From NCBI GenBank assembly GCA_964479725.1, contig CAYZNF010000002.1, positions 1,383 to 65,382 on the forward strand: DNA of 64,000 nt. Direction: 5' to 3'. A program made the position numbers and the translations under genes. Source of the DNA: an uncultured Candidatus Saccharibacteria bacterium. GTDB lineage: Bacteria > Patescibacteriota > Minisyncoccia > Minisyncoccales > UBA10102. Every line of letters starts with the position of its first letter. The stretch's first letter is position 1. The notes under the pieces are model-generated. The model did not search any database. It saw nothing but the letters and a program-made list of their open reading frames with translations, and was not told the DNA's origin. Below, piece by piece: positions 28,392-38,117 of the stretch.

Positions 28392-29694
28392 ACAAAAAAT
28401 TTTGGATATTACACGCCGTGATTTGACAAAGGCAAATCCAGCGTATGGAATCGCGCAAAACAAGGGAACTGCGAGAGGAAATCGGGCGTTTGTTTCCGCC
28501 TCGCAAGAAAAGAAACCGCCACATTTTTCTGCCATCAAACTTTTCGGCATACTGGTGTTATGCTCTTTGGCTGGCGTTTTCGCAATCCAATTTTTCTTTT
28601 CTAGGGCGTACGCGGTTGTGTGGCCAAAATCACGGGAATTAGCCTTTCAAGAAACAGCTGAAATTCGGGTGGGGGAGAACAATACCCAGCTTCAAAACAA
28701 AGTAATCGGGGGGCAGGAGCTTACCCAGGAATTTCAGGAAGAGAAAACGTTTTCTTCTACAGGAAGAACCGGCAACGCAAAATACGCCAACGGCAGTCTT
28801 ATTGTGTACAACGAATCTACCGCAGGGCCGCAAACCCTTATCGCTACTACCCGATTTATTTCCCAAACCGGCAAGCTGTACCGTTCTTCCGCGAAGGTAA
28901 CAGTGCCGGCGGCCAAGCGGCAGGGCGGCAATACTGTGCCGGGACAAGCAAGTGTGCCAATAAAAGCGGCGGAAGCCGGGAGCGAGTATAATATTAATGA
29001 CGAAATGAATTTTTCTATTCCAGGGCTTCTCGGCACTTTTGCGTATACCCGCGTGTACGCGAAATCTTCCCAGCCGATTTCTGGGGGATCTTTGGGCGAA
29101 ATACCCACTGTGTCTAAAACCGACCTGGAAGATGCCAAGGATGATCTTGTCAGGGAATTGACGGAAAAAGCAAATGAAAGCTTTAAGACATTAGCGCCCG
29201 AAGGATATTTGGTTTTGCCAGAATCCTTGGGAGTGGAGGTGCTTTCGGTTTCCAGCGGCGCAGAGGAAGGCGCGCAGGCGGCGCAATTTTCATATTCCGC
29301 CAAGGTAAGGGTTCGCACGCTAGCCTTCAGGAAAAGTGATCTGGAAAGTCTTATTGTCCAGGCTTTGCGTTCACAGCTTGGGGATGGTGAAGATTTAAAC
29401 CCCTCAAGCCTCGTCTTTTCATATATTCCCGAAGACTATAATCGCGAAGACCGTATTGTACGGCTTGGTGTGCAAGGGAAGGCTTTGGGGTATAAAATAC
29501 TAGATGAAGCCGAAATACGCTCTAAAATTCAGGGAAAATCAAAAGAAGGCGCTGATCTCGCGCTTAATGAACATCCTTTGCTTGAATCCGCAAAAGTATC
29601 ATTTTGGCCTTTTTGGGTAAAGGCAATCCCAAATGACCAAACCCGCCTTATGGTGAATATTGAGCTGCCTGTTGACGTTTCCTCAGATTTTTGA
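28381..29694 (+). CDS. Single-pass membrane protein, baseplate J-like repeat domain (hypothetical)
   Basis: N-terminal TM; A.G.L.VYN, L.ATTRF, A.EAG.EYNI, GG......VS..D motifs; WPFWV..IP C-terminus (family call from memory). Confidence 0.6.
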   Translation: MANKQKILDITRRDLTKANPAYGIAQNKGTARGNRAFVSASQEKKPPHFSAIKLFGILVLCSLAGVFAIQFFFSRAYAVVWPKSRELAFQETAEIRVGENNTQLQNKVIGGQELTQEFQEEKTFSSTGRTGNAKYANGSLIVYNESTAGPQTLIATTRFISQTGKLYRSSAKVTVPAAKRQGGNTVPGQASVPIKAAEAGSEYNINDEMNFSIPGLLGTFAYTRVYAKSSQPISGGSLGEIPTVSKTDLEDAKDDLVRELTEKANESFKTLAPEGYLVLPESLGVEVLSVSSGAEEGAQAAQFSYSAKVRVRTLAFRKSDLESLIVQALRSQLGDGEDLNPSSLVFSYIPEDYNREDRIVRLGVQGKALGYKILDEAEIRSKIQGKSKEGADLALNEHPLLESAKVSFWPFWVKAIPNDQTRLMVNIELPVDVSSDF

Positions 29695-29700
29695 TATCAT
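29672..29700 (+). promoter_or_regulatory. Sigma70 promoter for the infA-alpha operon
   Basis: TTGACG-N17-TATCAT with extended -10 TG. Confidence 0.65.
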
Positions 29701-29717
29701 TAAGAACTGTAATTTTG

Positions 29718-29936
29718 ATGAACGAAAAACAAAAAAATAGGGTGAGCGGCGAAGTGACTGAAACCTTGCCAAATATGCAGTTTCGGGTTAAACTAGAAGA
29801 CGGCAAGGAAATACTCGCATATCTTTCGGGGAAGCTTGTTATCCACAAAATACGCATTCTGCCTGGAGATAGGGTAACCGTAGAAATGAGTCCCTATGAC
29901 ACGACAAAAGGAAGGATAACTTTTCGGGAAAAATAG
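29718..29936 (+). CDS. infA: Translation initiation factor IF-1
   Basis: [36 protein letters not shown]. Confidence 0.98.
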   Translation: MNEKQKNRVSGEVTETLPNMQFRVKLEDGKEILAYLSGKLVIHKIRILPGDRVTVEMSPYDTTKGRITFREK

Positions 29937-29942
29937 AATATC

Positions 29943-30056
29943 ATGAAAGTGCGTTCATCGGTAAAAAAAATCTGCAAAGATTGCAAAACCGTCCGAAGAC
30001 GGGGCATGGTTTATGTTGTCTGCAAAAACTTAAAACACAAGCAAAGGCAAGGATAA
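29943..30056 (+). CDS. rpmJ: 50S ribosomal protein L36 (not in ORF track)
   Basis: [37 protein letters not shown], translated by hand. Confidence 0.97.
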   Translation: MKVRSSVKKICKDCKTVRRRGMVYVVCKNLKHKQRQG

Positions 30057-30061
30057 ACCTT

Positions 30062-30451
30062 ATGGCACGCTTAGCTGGAGTCAACATACCCGATAACAAG
30101 AAAATTGTAATTTCGCTGGCTTATATCGAAGGAATAGGCCCGACCTTGAGTTCGAAAATTCTGCGTTTTACCGGGGTTGATCCCGAGAAACGCACCCATA
30201 CTCTTACGGCCGAAGAATTAAACAAAATCCGTGAATACATAGAAAAAAACGTGCGGGTTGAGGGAGACTTGCGCCGGGATATTATTACACATATCAAACG
30301 ATTGCGTGAAATAGGAAGCTGGCGAGGCATGCGCCATGCCAAGCGCCTGCCAACTCGGGGACAACGCACGAAAACCAACAACCGGACTGTGCGTGGCAAT
30401 GTGAGAAAAACTGTAACATCAGGAAGGAAGCCAGCGGCCTCACCGACATAA
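30062..30451 (+). CDS. rpsM: 30S ribosomal protein S13
   Basis: [21 protein letters not shown]...[11 protein letters not shown]. Confidence 0.98.
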   Translation: MARLAGVNIPDNKKIVISLAYIEGIGPTLSSKILRFTGVDPEKRTHTLTAEELNKIREYIEKNVRVEGDLRRDIITHIKRLREIGSWRGMRHAKRLPTRGQRTKTNNRTVRGNVRKTVTSGRKPAASPT

Positions 30452-30456
30452 ATATT

Positions 30457-30912
30457 ATGGGTAAAAAACGAGTAGCAGGACAATCTAAAGAAGAGCTATT
30501 GCGCGAAAGCGATGGAGTTCAGGAAAAACTTGTTGCCGAAGGATCCAAGCAAATCGTTTCCAAGAGAGTTAAAGAAGGCCGAATTTCTATTTATTCTTCG
30601 TACAATAACACTATTATGGCCCTGGCCGACAGCAGAGGAAATGTTTTGACCCAGGTAAGCGCCGGCAAAATAGGGTTTAGCGGATCGAAAAAATCTACCC
30701 CTTTTGCCGCGTCCAAGGTTGCTGAAGCAATTGCCCAGGCCGCCGCGACGAAAGGCATTGAATTAGTTGAAATTTTTGTTAAAGGTGTGGGTCCGGGCCG
30801 CGATTCAGCGCTTCGCTCATTGGCTGCGAGGCCTTTTGAAATAGCGGCTATACACGATGTTACGCCGGTGCCTCATAACGGGCCACGCGCGCCTAAAGTA
30901 CGAAGAGTATAA
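30457..30912 (+). CDS. rpsK: 30S ribosomal protein S11
   Basis: SSYNNTI, KKSTPFAA, DVTPVPHNG. Confidence 0.98.
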   Translation: MGKKRVAGQSKEELLRESDGVQEKLVAEGSKQIVSKRVKEGRISIYSSYNNTIMALADSRGNVLTQVSAGKIGFSGSKKSTPFAASKVAEAIAQAAATKGIELVEIFVKGVGPGRDSALRSLAARPFEIAAIHDVTPVPHNGPRAPKVRRV

Positions 30913-30921
30913 TATTTATTT

Positions 30922-31452
30922 ATGCAAACAGGTGTCGTAAGAAAACGAAATACCAGCCCGCTGTCCGAATTTGGGCGTCAGCTAAAGGAAAAGCAGACGC
31001 TGAAACTTGAATACAATCTTCGCGAGCGGCAGTTCCAGAATTACGTCAACGAGGCGCTGGCAGAAAGCCGAAAAGGAGCGGGAAATTCCCCCGAGCTTTT
31101 GATGCGCAGACTTGAAATGCGTTTAGACAGCATAGTATTTAAAATGGGCTTCGCCGCTACCCGCGCTCAAGCTCGGCAAATGGTAACACACGGACATTTT
31201 TGGGTAGGAGGAAAACCCGTAGACGTGCCTTCGATGCGTTTGAAAAAAGGAGACGTAGTCGCACTGCGCCCGTCCTCCATGAAAAAAGCGCTTTTCCAGA
31301 ATTTGCAATTAGCCTTGAAAAAATACGAGGCGCCGGCTTGGATCCAGCTCGATAAGGAAAAAATGGAGGCGGCTATTATCGGCGAGCCGAGTTTGCAGGC
31401 GATTTCGCCTAATGTCGAACTTGCGCTTATTTTTGAATTCTACTCAAGATAA
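30922..31452 (+). CDS. rpsD: 30S ribosomal protein S4 (N-terminally shortened)
   Basis: SEFGRQLKEKQ, LEMRLD, ARQMVTHGH, IFEFYSR. Confidence 0.96.
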   Translation: MQTGVVRKRNTSPLSEFGRQLKEKQTLKLEYNLRERQFQNYVNEALAESRKGAGNSPELLMRRLEMRLDSIVFKMGFAATRAQARQMVTHGHFWVGGKPVDVPSMRLKKGDVVALRPSSMKKALFQNLQLALKKYEAPAWIQLDKEKMEAAIIGEPSLQAISPNVELALIFEFYSR

Positions 31453-31479
31453 AAAAACGTACATTCGCTTTATATTATT

Positions 31480-32283
31480 ATGATTCCTTTTTCTCTGCCA
31501 ACAAAAATTATTGAGACGAGCGCGTCGCGCGGATTATTCGAAATTGAAGCCCTTTACCCGGGATATGGAGTTACCGTAGGAAATAGTTTGCGCCGGGTAC
31601 TGTTGTCTTCGCTTGGAGGGGCGGCTGCGACGCAGGTAAAAATAAAGAATGTTCCTCATGAATTTTCGACTTTACCGGGTGTCATAGAAGACACCATACA
31701 AATCCTTTTAAATATAAAGCAATTGCGCCTCAAGCTTCATGGAGACGAGCCGCAAACCATAACGCTGAAAATCAAGGGGGAAAAAGAAGCAAAAGCCTCT
31801 GATTTTGAAACTCCTTCCCAAGTGGAAATCATGAACAAGGATTTGCATATTGCAACGATTACCGATAAATCTACTGAACTTGAAATGGAGGTGAGGGTTG
31901 AAAAAGGCATGGGATATGTTTCTGCGGAAGCCTTGCGAAAGGATAAGAACGAGATAGGCAGTATTACCCTGGATGCCGCATTTAATCCTGTGCGAAAAGT
32001 GAATTATCGGGTTGAGAACATGCGCGTGGGTGAGCGAACCGACTACGACAAAATCCAGATGGAGATTATCACCGATGGAAGCATTGCTCCGGAAAATGCC
32101 CTGCACCAAGCCGCTCGCATTTTAGTAGGACAATTCAACACGGTTACAGTGGGCTTAGGCGATGCGGTTGAAGCGGCAGCCCTAGCAAGCAAAGGAGCAG
32201 GAGAAGGCGATGCAGAAGGAGCTGAAACTAAAACCAAAAAGGCGAAGAAAACAGTTAAGAGCAAGGCCAAGCAAAAAGTATAA
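31480..32283 (+). CDS. rpoA: RNA polymerase alpha subunit (N-terminal domain only)
   Basis: GYGVTVGNSLRRVLLSS, HEFST.PGVIED, RVGERTDYD; no alpha-CTD. Confidence 0.95.
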   Translation: MIPFSLPTKIIETSASRGLFEIEALYPGYGVTVGNSLRRVLLSSLGGAAATQVKIKNVPHEFSTLPGVIEDTIQILLNIKQLRLKLHGDEPQTITLKIKGEKEAKASDFETPSQVEIMNKDLHIATITDKSTELEMEVRVEKGMGYVSAEALRKDKNEIGSITLDAAFNPVRKVNYRVENMRVGERTDYDKIQMEIITDGSIAPENALHQAARILVGQFNTVTVGLGDAVEAAALASKGAGEGDAEGAETKTKKAKKTVKSKAKQKV

Positions 32284-32288
32284 CGATA

Positions 32289-32639
32289 ATGTATAAGCGT
32301 ATCAAAAATAGAAAATTTTCACGCAAACCTTCCGTGCGCCGGGCGTTTTTACGCTCGCTTGTGCGCGCTCTTGTGCTTAAAGACAGGATTAAGACCACTG
32401 AAGCGCGGGCGAAAGAACTTTCAAGCGCCGCAGAAAAAGTGGTAACAACGGCAAAGAGGGGAGGATTGGCGGCGCGCCGTTCTTTATTAAGATCCTTTGA
32501 TGATTTGGCAACGAAAAAACTCGTTGATGAATTGGGGCCGCGATTCAAAGAACGGGCAGGCGGTTATACAAGGATCGTTAAAATCGGGCCTCGAAAGTCT
32601 GACGGCGCTAAAATGGCTATCATCGAATTTGTCAAATAA
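32289..32639 (+). CDS. rplQ: 50S ribosomal protein L17
   Basis: RIKTTEARAKE, RAGGYTRIVK, DGAKMAIIEFV. Confidence 0.98.
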   Translation: MYKRIKNRKFSRKPSVRRAFLRSLVRALVLKDRIKTTEARAKELSSAAEKVVTTAKRGGLAARRSLLRSFDDLATKKLVDELGPRFKERAGGYTRIVKIGPRKSDGAKMAIIEFVK

Positions 32640-32654
32640 ATGCATATACAGGTT

Positions 32655-33011
32655 ATGGAAGAAAAACGAGCTACGCACACAATCGATGCTTCGGATAAAA
32701 CCCTGGGCAGACTGGCAACCGAAATTTCCGTATTGCTTCGCGGAAAACTGAAATCTGACTTTCTCTTGCATAAAGACGATGGTGATTTTGTAACCGTAAA
32801 AAACGTGCGAAAGATCCGCTTGACCGGAAACAAAATAATTGCTAAAAAATATTTCAGCCATTCAGGATATTTTGGTGGATTGCGCGAACAAAAAGTGAAA
32901 GAAGTAATGGCAAAGGATCCCACGGAGGTCTTGCGCAGAGCCGTATGGGGAATGCTTCCGAAAAATAAACTTCGGGCGCAACAGATAAAAAGATTGAAGA
33001 TGGAAGAATAA
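32655..33011 (+). CDS. rplM: 50S ribosomal protein L13
   Basis: IDA..KTLGRLA, HSGYFGGL, AVWGMLPKNKL. Confidence 0.96.
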   Translation: MEEKRATHTIDASDKTLGRLATEISVLLRGKLKSDFLLHKDDGDFVTVKNVRKIRLTGNKIIAKKYFSHSGYFGGLREQKVKEVMAKDPTEVLRRAVWGMLPKNKLRAQQIKRLKMEE

Positions 33012-33016
33012 TTTGT

Positions 33017-33484
33017 ATGGTTAGAGCGAAATCACAATCAGTCAAACGCGTGCCAAAAGCGCCCGCGGAACCAAAACCGGAAGCACCGCAAGGAAAGTAC
33101 CATGAGGGAGTGGGGCGGCGCAAAACCGCTATTGCCAGGGTTCGCATTTTTGAGGACAGCTCCCAGACTGGCTTTGGAGTAAACGGCAGAAACCTGGCCG
33201 AATATTTCCAGCAGAAAGAGTGCGAAACAATCGCAACTGAAATTATGCAAAAAATTTCATTGCCTGTGCGGTTTGGAGTTTCTGCATTTGTGGCAGGAGG
33301 AGGCAAACAAGCGCAAGCGGAAGCCATTAGGCATGGGATTGCCCGGGCTTTGATAGAATTTGATCCCGGATTGCGCTCACAGCTAAAAGTATTTGGATAT
33401 TTAACACGCGATCCCAGAAAAAAAGAAAGAAAGAAATTCGGGCTTAAGGCCGCCAGACGAGCGCGACAATGGCGCAAGAGATAG
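33017..33484 (+). CDS. rpsI: 30S ribosomal protein S9
   Basis: GRRKTAIARV, GGGKQAQAEA, LTRDPRKKERKKFG. Confidence 0.98.
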   Translation: MVRAKSQSVKRVPKAPAEPKPEAPQGKYHEGVGRRKTAIARVRIFEDSSQTGFGVNGRNLAEYFQQKECETIATEIMQKISLPVRFGVSAFVAGGGKQAQAEAIRHGIARALIEFDPGLRSQLKVFGYLTRDPRKKERKKFGLKAARRARQWRKR

Positions 33485-33488
33485 GGAA

Positions 33489-34892
33489 TTACCGAATTAT
33501 ACGCTCCGAAGTCATCAGCCCCTTGGGGGTGGCAATCAAAAACGTTTTGGTTTCATTCAGCCAAAGCGTTTTTGATTGAGGTTCGTCGAGCACAGTATAG
33601 GTGTTTATATTGCTCCGGTCGTCAATTTCGGCAATTTTGAGCGTATCACCCGTGAGAAACGCGACATATCCGCCAGTGATCCACAAGGGGGAGTGCAAGC
33701 GTTCATTGAACCGGTTCAAAAATACAAAAGCACCCTTTTTCTTTCTGGGAGCTTCCATCTGGTCTTGAAGATAATACACCCATAGTTCCGATCCGTTGAT
33801 CACCAGCAGTTTTTCGTAATCGGGAGCCGGGATGAGACTGGTAACATTATCGGCAATCCTGGAGAAGGTTTCTTGCCGCTGGACGTATACGAAGAGATTT
33901 GAGTTTTCTTTGACGAAAATTCGATTCTTAAATGAGAAAATGTCATATGTTTTCCCGGGCTGGATTACAAATGATGTCTGCACGGCGTGCTGGGGAGAAG
34001 ATGCGAAAGCAAGTTCTTTCACCCATAAGGAACCGTCTTGCTCGAGCCAATAAAGTTTGTTCTGATCTACAAAAAAAGCAAGGACATTCGTTCCCCAAAA
34101 CGAGAAATGCTCTTGGGTAATATAATCGATTTCAGTAACAGCTCTAGCTCCAGGAAGTTTTTGGAGCGCTAAGAGCCGATTACTGGAAACTGGCGAAAAT
34201 TGGACAGTTTTTGCTTCACTGGCGTCAAGGATAACGGGACAAATGAGTTCTTCGCACCAAAGCTTTACTTGTGGAGATGAGGAAGCTACGAAGGCGCTTT
34301 CGACAGCATCTTGAAGAGCTTGGATCAGGATTCTGCTAGAGTCGCTGCTCCATTGAACTCGGGCAATGCTCTCTTTCGGGGACGATAATCGACGCAGAAG
34401 CGTTTTTGCATTAGCTCGGGTATCCCAAAAGACAAGCTGGCTGCCAGCATCGGTTTCTTCAAGCAAAACCGCATAAATGCCATTTGGCGCAAGCCATGCG
34501 TTTTTGACTGAAGTATTGGTTATCCTGAAAATAATTTCACTGGGGAACAAGAAAACATTTTTTGCTTCAGCGGCTTCGTTGGCTCTAATTTCAAGAATTT
34601 TTTCCCATGGGGAATATCCTTCCTTTTCGATGCGTACCTTATAGTTACCCGGAAATAGATCGGATATCAAAGCTGATCCCGCAAAAATCGAGGTTCTTTT
34701 TGTGGGCTGACCCTCGATATAGATTGTCGCGCTCGGAGGCACGGCTTTAATATACAGGGCGCCAGTTTGGGTAATTGTGCGGGTTCTCCAGTCGATTTTG
34801 TACCCTAGAGAATATAAAACAATAAATGCCGATAAGGCTAAAAAAAAGACGGAGACGATGAAAAACAAGATAGTGCGGTAGCGTTTCGTCAT
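33489..34892 (-). CDS. PEGA-domain membrane-anchored protein (probable beta-propeller C-terminus)
   Basis: N-terminal TM, TGALYI...P.SATIYI.G, PGNYKVRIEKEGY.PW. Confidence 0.75.
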   Translation of the reverse strand: MTKRYRTILFFIVSVFFLALSAFIVLYSLGYKIDWRTRTITQTGALYIKAVPPSATIYIEGQPTKRTSIFAGSALISDLFPGNYKVRIEKEGYSPWEKILEIRANEAAEAKNVFLFPSEIIFRITNTSVKNAWLAPNGIYAVLLEETDAGSQLVFWDTRANAKTLLRRLSSPKESIARVQWSSDSSRILIQALQDAVESAFVASSSPQVKLWCEELICPVILDASEAKTVQFSPVSSNRLLALQKLPGARAVTEIDYITQEHFSFWGTNVLAFFVDQNKLYWLEQDGSLWVKELAFASSPQHAVQTSFVIQPGKTYDIFSFKNRIFVKENSNLFVYVQRQETFSRIADNVTSLIPAPDYEKLLVINGSELWVYYLQDQMEAPRKKKGAFVFLNRFNERLHSPLWITGGYVAFLTGDTLKIAEIDDRSNINTYTVLDEPQSKTLWLNETKTFLIATPKGLMTSERIIR

Positions 34893-34993
34893 CGATTATA
34901 TTATATGCCAATTCTGCCGTTGTCTCAATCTTAAAACTTAATCCTGGGTGGTTTGCCAACCCAAGGTATTTAAGGTAAAATAAACCAGTCTCT

Positions 34994-36277
34994 ATGGAAA
35001 AATTCATCATCCAAGGCGGAAAAAAGCTTTCAGGGGATATTGATGTTCGCGGGGCAAAAAATGCGGCTTTTCCCCTTATCGCGGCCGCGATCCTTACGAA
35101 AGAGGATGTTGTCATACATAACCTTCCACTTATCGAAGATGTGTTCCGCATGCTTGAAATTATGCAAAGCATGGAAGCCACCGTGGATTGGCTGGCCGAA
35201 AGGACGGTCAAAATAAACACACGCCATTTGGATCCTTCCAAGATTGATTCGCTGAAAGTGAAACGCTTGCGGGGATCGGTTGTACTGCTTGGCCCGTTGC
35301 TTGCCCGCTTTGGGAATGTTTTCTTGGCGCGGCCAGGAGGGGACATGATTGGCGTCAGGCCAATAGATACTCATCTTGATGCTTTCATACAACTGGGCGC
35401 AAAAGTAACCCAAAAAAAAGACGGGGTGCAAATTGATCTCGAACAGAAGATCGCCGGAAAAAAGGAAGTTATACTCAATGAATTTTCGGTTACGGCGACA
35501 GAGAATATCCTTTTATTTGCCGCGGGAACATCTGCTCAAATCACCGTAAAGACCGCCGATTTTGACTATCAAATCCAGGAGCTTGTAAAAGTACTCCAGA
35601 AAATGGGCGCTGAAATCACCCTGTCGGGACTTCACGCGCTGACAATAAAAGGCAGTATACGGCTAAAGGGAGCTGTGCATACGCTGATGTATGATCCCAC
35701 CGAGGCAGGGACCTTTGTCCTGATGGGAGCTATTGCCCCGGGTGAAATTACGGTAAAAAATGTGGAAGTCTCTTTTCTTGACTTATTCTTCAAAAAACTT
35801 AAGGATTTTGGTGTTACTTTTGAGATTGCAAGACACAAGAACGGCCTGGTAGACATAAAAGTTTCGCATGCCAGGAATCTTAAGATCGATAAAATCCAAT
35901 GTTTCATTTATCCCGGCATCCATTCTGACCTGCAGAGTCCGCTTGGAGTTCTGGCAACACAATCCAAAGGGCCGACACTTCTGCATGATCCCCTGTATGC
36001 CGGACGTTTGAAATATCTTGAGGAGTTAAATAAGATGGGGGCGGAAATATTTCTTACCGACCCGCATCGGGCCATTATCAATGGCCCCGCGAAACTATAC
36101 GGAGCAGAGGTAAATGCTTCTGATCTTCGCGGAGGAGCCGCCCTCATTGCCGCCGCTTTCATCGCTCGCGGGGAAAGCATACTTACAAACGTATACCAGG
36201 TGGACAGGGGATATGAGAAGATCGAAGAGCGCCTGCAGAAACTTGGCGCCGACATAAAGAGAGTTGTTGATAATTGA
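34994..36277 (+). CDS. murA: UDP-N-acetylglucosamine 1-carboxyvinyltransferase
   Basis: GAKNAA, PGGDMIG.RPID.H, SVTATEN, DLRGGAAL, DRGYE. Confidence 0.96.
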   Translation: MEKFIIQGGKKLSGDIDVRGAKNAAFPLIAAAILTKEDVVIHNLPLIEDVFRMLEIMQSMEATVDWLAERTVKINTRHLDPSKIDSLKVKRLRGSVVLLGPLLARFGNVFLARPGGDMIGVRPIDTHLDAFIQLGAKVTQKKDGVQIDLEQKIAGKKEVILNEFSVTATENILLFAAGTSAQITVKTADFDYQIQELVKVLQKMGAEITLSGLHALTIKGSIRLKGAVHTLMYDPTEAGTFVLMGAIAPGEITVKNVEVSFLDLFFKKLKDFGVTFEIARHKNGLVDIKVSHARNLKIDKIQCFIYPGIHSDLQSPLGVLATQSKGPTLLHDPLYAGRLKYLEELNKMGAEIFLTDPHRAIINGPAKLYGAEVNASDLRGGAALIAAAFIARGESILTNVYQVDRGYEKIEERLQKLGADIKRVVDN

Positions 36278-36296
36278 TACTTTGAAATCTGTCGTC

Positions 36297-37304
36297 ATGT
36301 TTGTCACAAAAATCGGAATTGACCTAGGCACTGCTAATTCGCATGTTTTCATTCCTAAAAAAGGGGTCGTATTGAGCGAACCTTCGGTTGTCGCTGTGGC
36401 ATTATCTGAAAACAAGATTTTGGCGGTGGGCGACGCGGCAAAAGAAATGACCGGAAGGACTCCCGACACAATACGCGTGTACAGGCCAATGAGGGAGGGA
36501 GTGATCGCGGATTTTCGAGTTACCCTAGCAATGATACGCTATTTCCTCGAAAAAGTCGTGCCTAGCTACCAATTTTTCAAACCCGAGGTATTAATTTCAG
36601 TGCCTGCCGGAATCACCTCCACGGAACGGCGCGCGGTTATCGAAGCCGTGTTAAGCGCTGGCGCCAAAGCGGCTTTTGTGGCCAAAGAACCGATTCTAGC
36701 GGCCATTGGCGCCGGAATACCAATCAACTCTTCTTCGGGGCACATGATAGTAAATATCGGCGGTGGCACCACAGAAGTAGCGATTATCTCGCTCGGGGGC
36801 ATTGTTGTCTCAACCTCTTTGCGGGTAGCGGGAGATAAACTGGACCATGCGATCGCAGAGCATATCAAAAAGAAACACAATCTGGCCATTGGAGAAAAAA
36901 CCGCGGAAGATATCAAGATAAAAATCGGGACGGCGCTTCCTGAAAAGAATGAAGCAACCGTAGAAATACGCGGCCGCGATTTGGCGCTAGGCCTGCCAAA
37001 AAACATTCGTGTTACCTCTAATGAAATTGCCCAGGCAATTGCCGATCCTCTTGAAGAGATTGTACAGACCGTTAAAATGGTCCTGCGCCAGACCCCGCCC
37101 GAACTCTCTGCAGACATTATGGACAAAGGTTTGGTAGTTTCAGGGGGAGGAGCGCTGTTGCGCAATATCGACCAATTGATTTCGCAGACCATCGGAGTGC
37201 CCTGCTTTGTTGCGGACGATCCTTTATTGTGCGTAGTAAAAGGCACGGGCGTTGTTTTAGATAACCTTGACATATACAAGCAAAGCGTAATGAGTAAACG
37301 GTAA
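36297..37304 (+). CDS. mreB: Rod shape-determining protein MreB/Mbl paralog 1
   Basis: GIDLGTAN, EPSVVA, NIGGGTTE, GGGALL. Confidence 0.92.
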   Translation: MFVTKIGIDLGTANSHVFIPKKGVVLSEPSVVAVALSENKILAVGDAAKEMTGRTPDTIRVYRPMREGVIADFRVTLAMIRYFLEKVVPSYQFFKPEVLISVPAGITSTERRAVIEAVLSAGAKAAFVAKEPILAAIGAGIPINSSSGHMIVNIGGGTTEVAIISLGGIVVSTSLRVAGDKLDHAIAEHIKKKHNLAIGEKTAEDIKIKIGTALPEKNEATVEIRGRDLALGLPKNIRVTSNEIAQAIADPLEEIVQTVKMVLRQTPPELSADIMDKGLVVSGGGALLRNIDQLISQTIGVPCFVADDPLLCVVKGTGVVLDNLDIYKQSVMSKR

Positions 37305-37309
37305 ACACT

Positions 37310-38116
37310 ATGAGAAATAATCGCCAATGGCAAGTATTGTCTCTCGCGGCGCTTCAGGGCGAACTTTCGCACGCGTATGCTTTTTTGGGCAGCGATGCGT
37401 CCGTAAAAAAAGAAACGGCGCTTCGCTTGATCCAATTGGCCAATTGCCAATCGGAAAATCGTGATGCGGCAAAAGACGTCTGCGGAACTTGCCGGGCATG
37501 TATGGAAATAGGGAATTATGCGTTTGCCGATCTTTTATGGGTCCGCGAGGAAGATGAGATTAAAATTGAAGCAGTCAGGCAGATTGCCTCGCATCTTGCC
37601 CTGGCTCCGTATGCTTCGGCCGTAAAATTTGTCGTGATCGAAAACGCGCATCTAATGAACCATACCGCCCAGTCTGCTTTCTTGAAAGTTCTGGAAGAGC
37701 CTCGCGGAAATACCGTTATTATCCTGCTTGCCGAATATCCCGCCCTTTTGCTTGACACTATTTTATCCCGCACCCAGCAAATTTCATTTTATTCCAGCCT
37801 TTCTGCGCACGGAACAGATAAAGAGACCTTAAAAACCGCGCAAGAGTTTGAAAAATGCTTGGAAATTCCCTTGATTGAGCGTTTTGAAAGAGCAAAAAAA
37901 CTTGCTGACAATCCTGGAAAAATTCCTTTTACGCTTGCGGTGTGGCTGGGAATCGTCCGAAAAAATATGCTGAAAGAATTGCAGGTTTCAAATACGAAAG
38001 AAGTTGTGCGATGGAAACATATTGTCGAAAAGATTGAAGAAGTGCTATCGTATATTCAGCGCACAAACGTAAATAAAACACTGGCGATAGAACAAGTCAT
38101 GCTGGCTCTTCCTTGA
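37310..38116 (+). CDS. holB: DNA polymerase III delta-prime-like subunit
   Basis: HAYAF.G, CGTCRAC, AFLKVLEEP, TILSR. Confidence 0.85.
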   Translation: MRNNRQWQVLSLAALQGELSHAYAFLGSDASVKKETALRLIQLANCQSENRDAAKDVCGTCRACMEIGNYAFADLLWVREEDEIKIEAVRQIASHLALAPYASAVKFVVIENAHLMNHTAQSAFLKVLEEPRGNTVIILLAEYPALLLDTILSRTQQISFYSSLSAHGTDKETLKTAQEFEKCLEIPLIERFERAKKLADNPGKIPFTLAVWLGIVRKNMLKELQVSNTKEVVRWKHIVEKIEEVLSYIQRTNVNKTLAIEQVMLALP

Positions 38117-38117
38117 T

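Noticed and set aside
28381-29694. Prophage or contractile injection system implied by a baseplate-J-like gene
   Set aside because: No sheath, tube, terminase, capsid or integrase genes nearby; the protein has a TM and sits among housekeeping genes.
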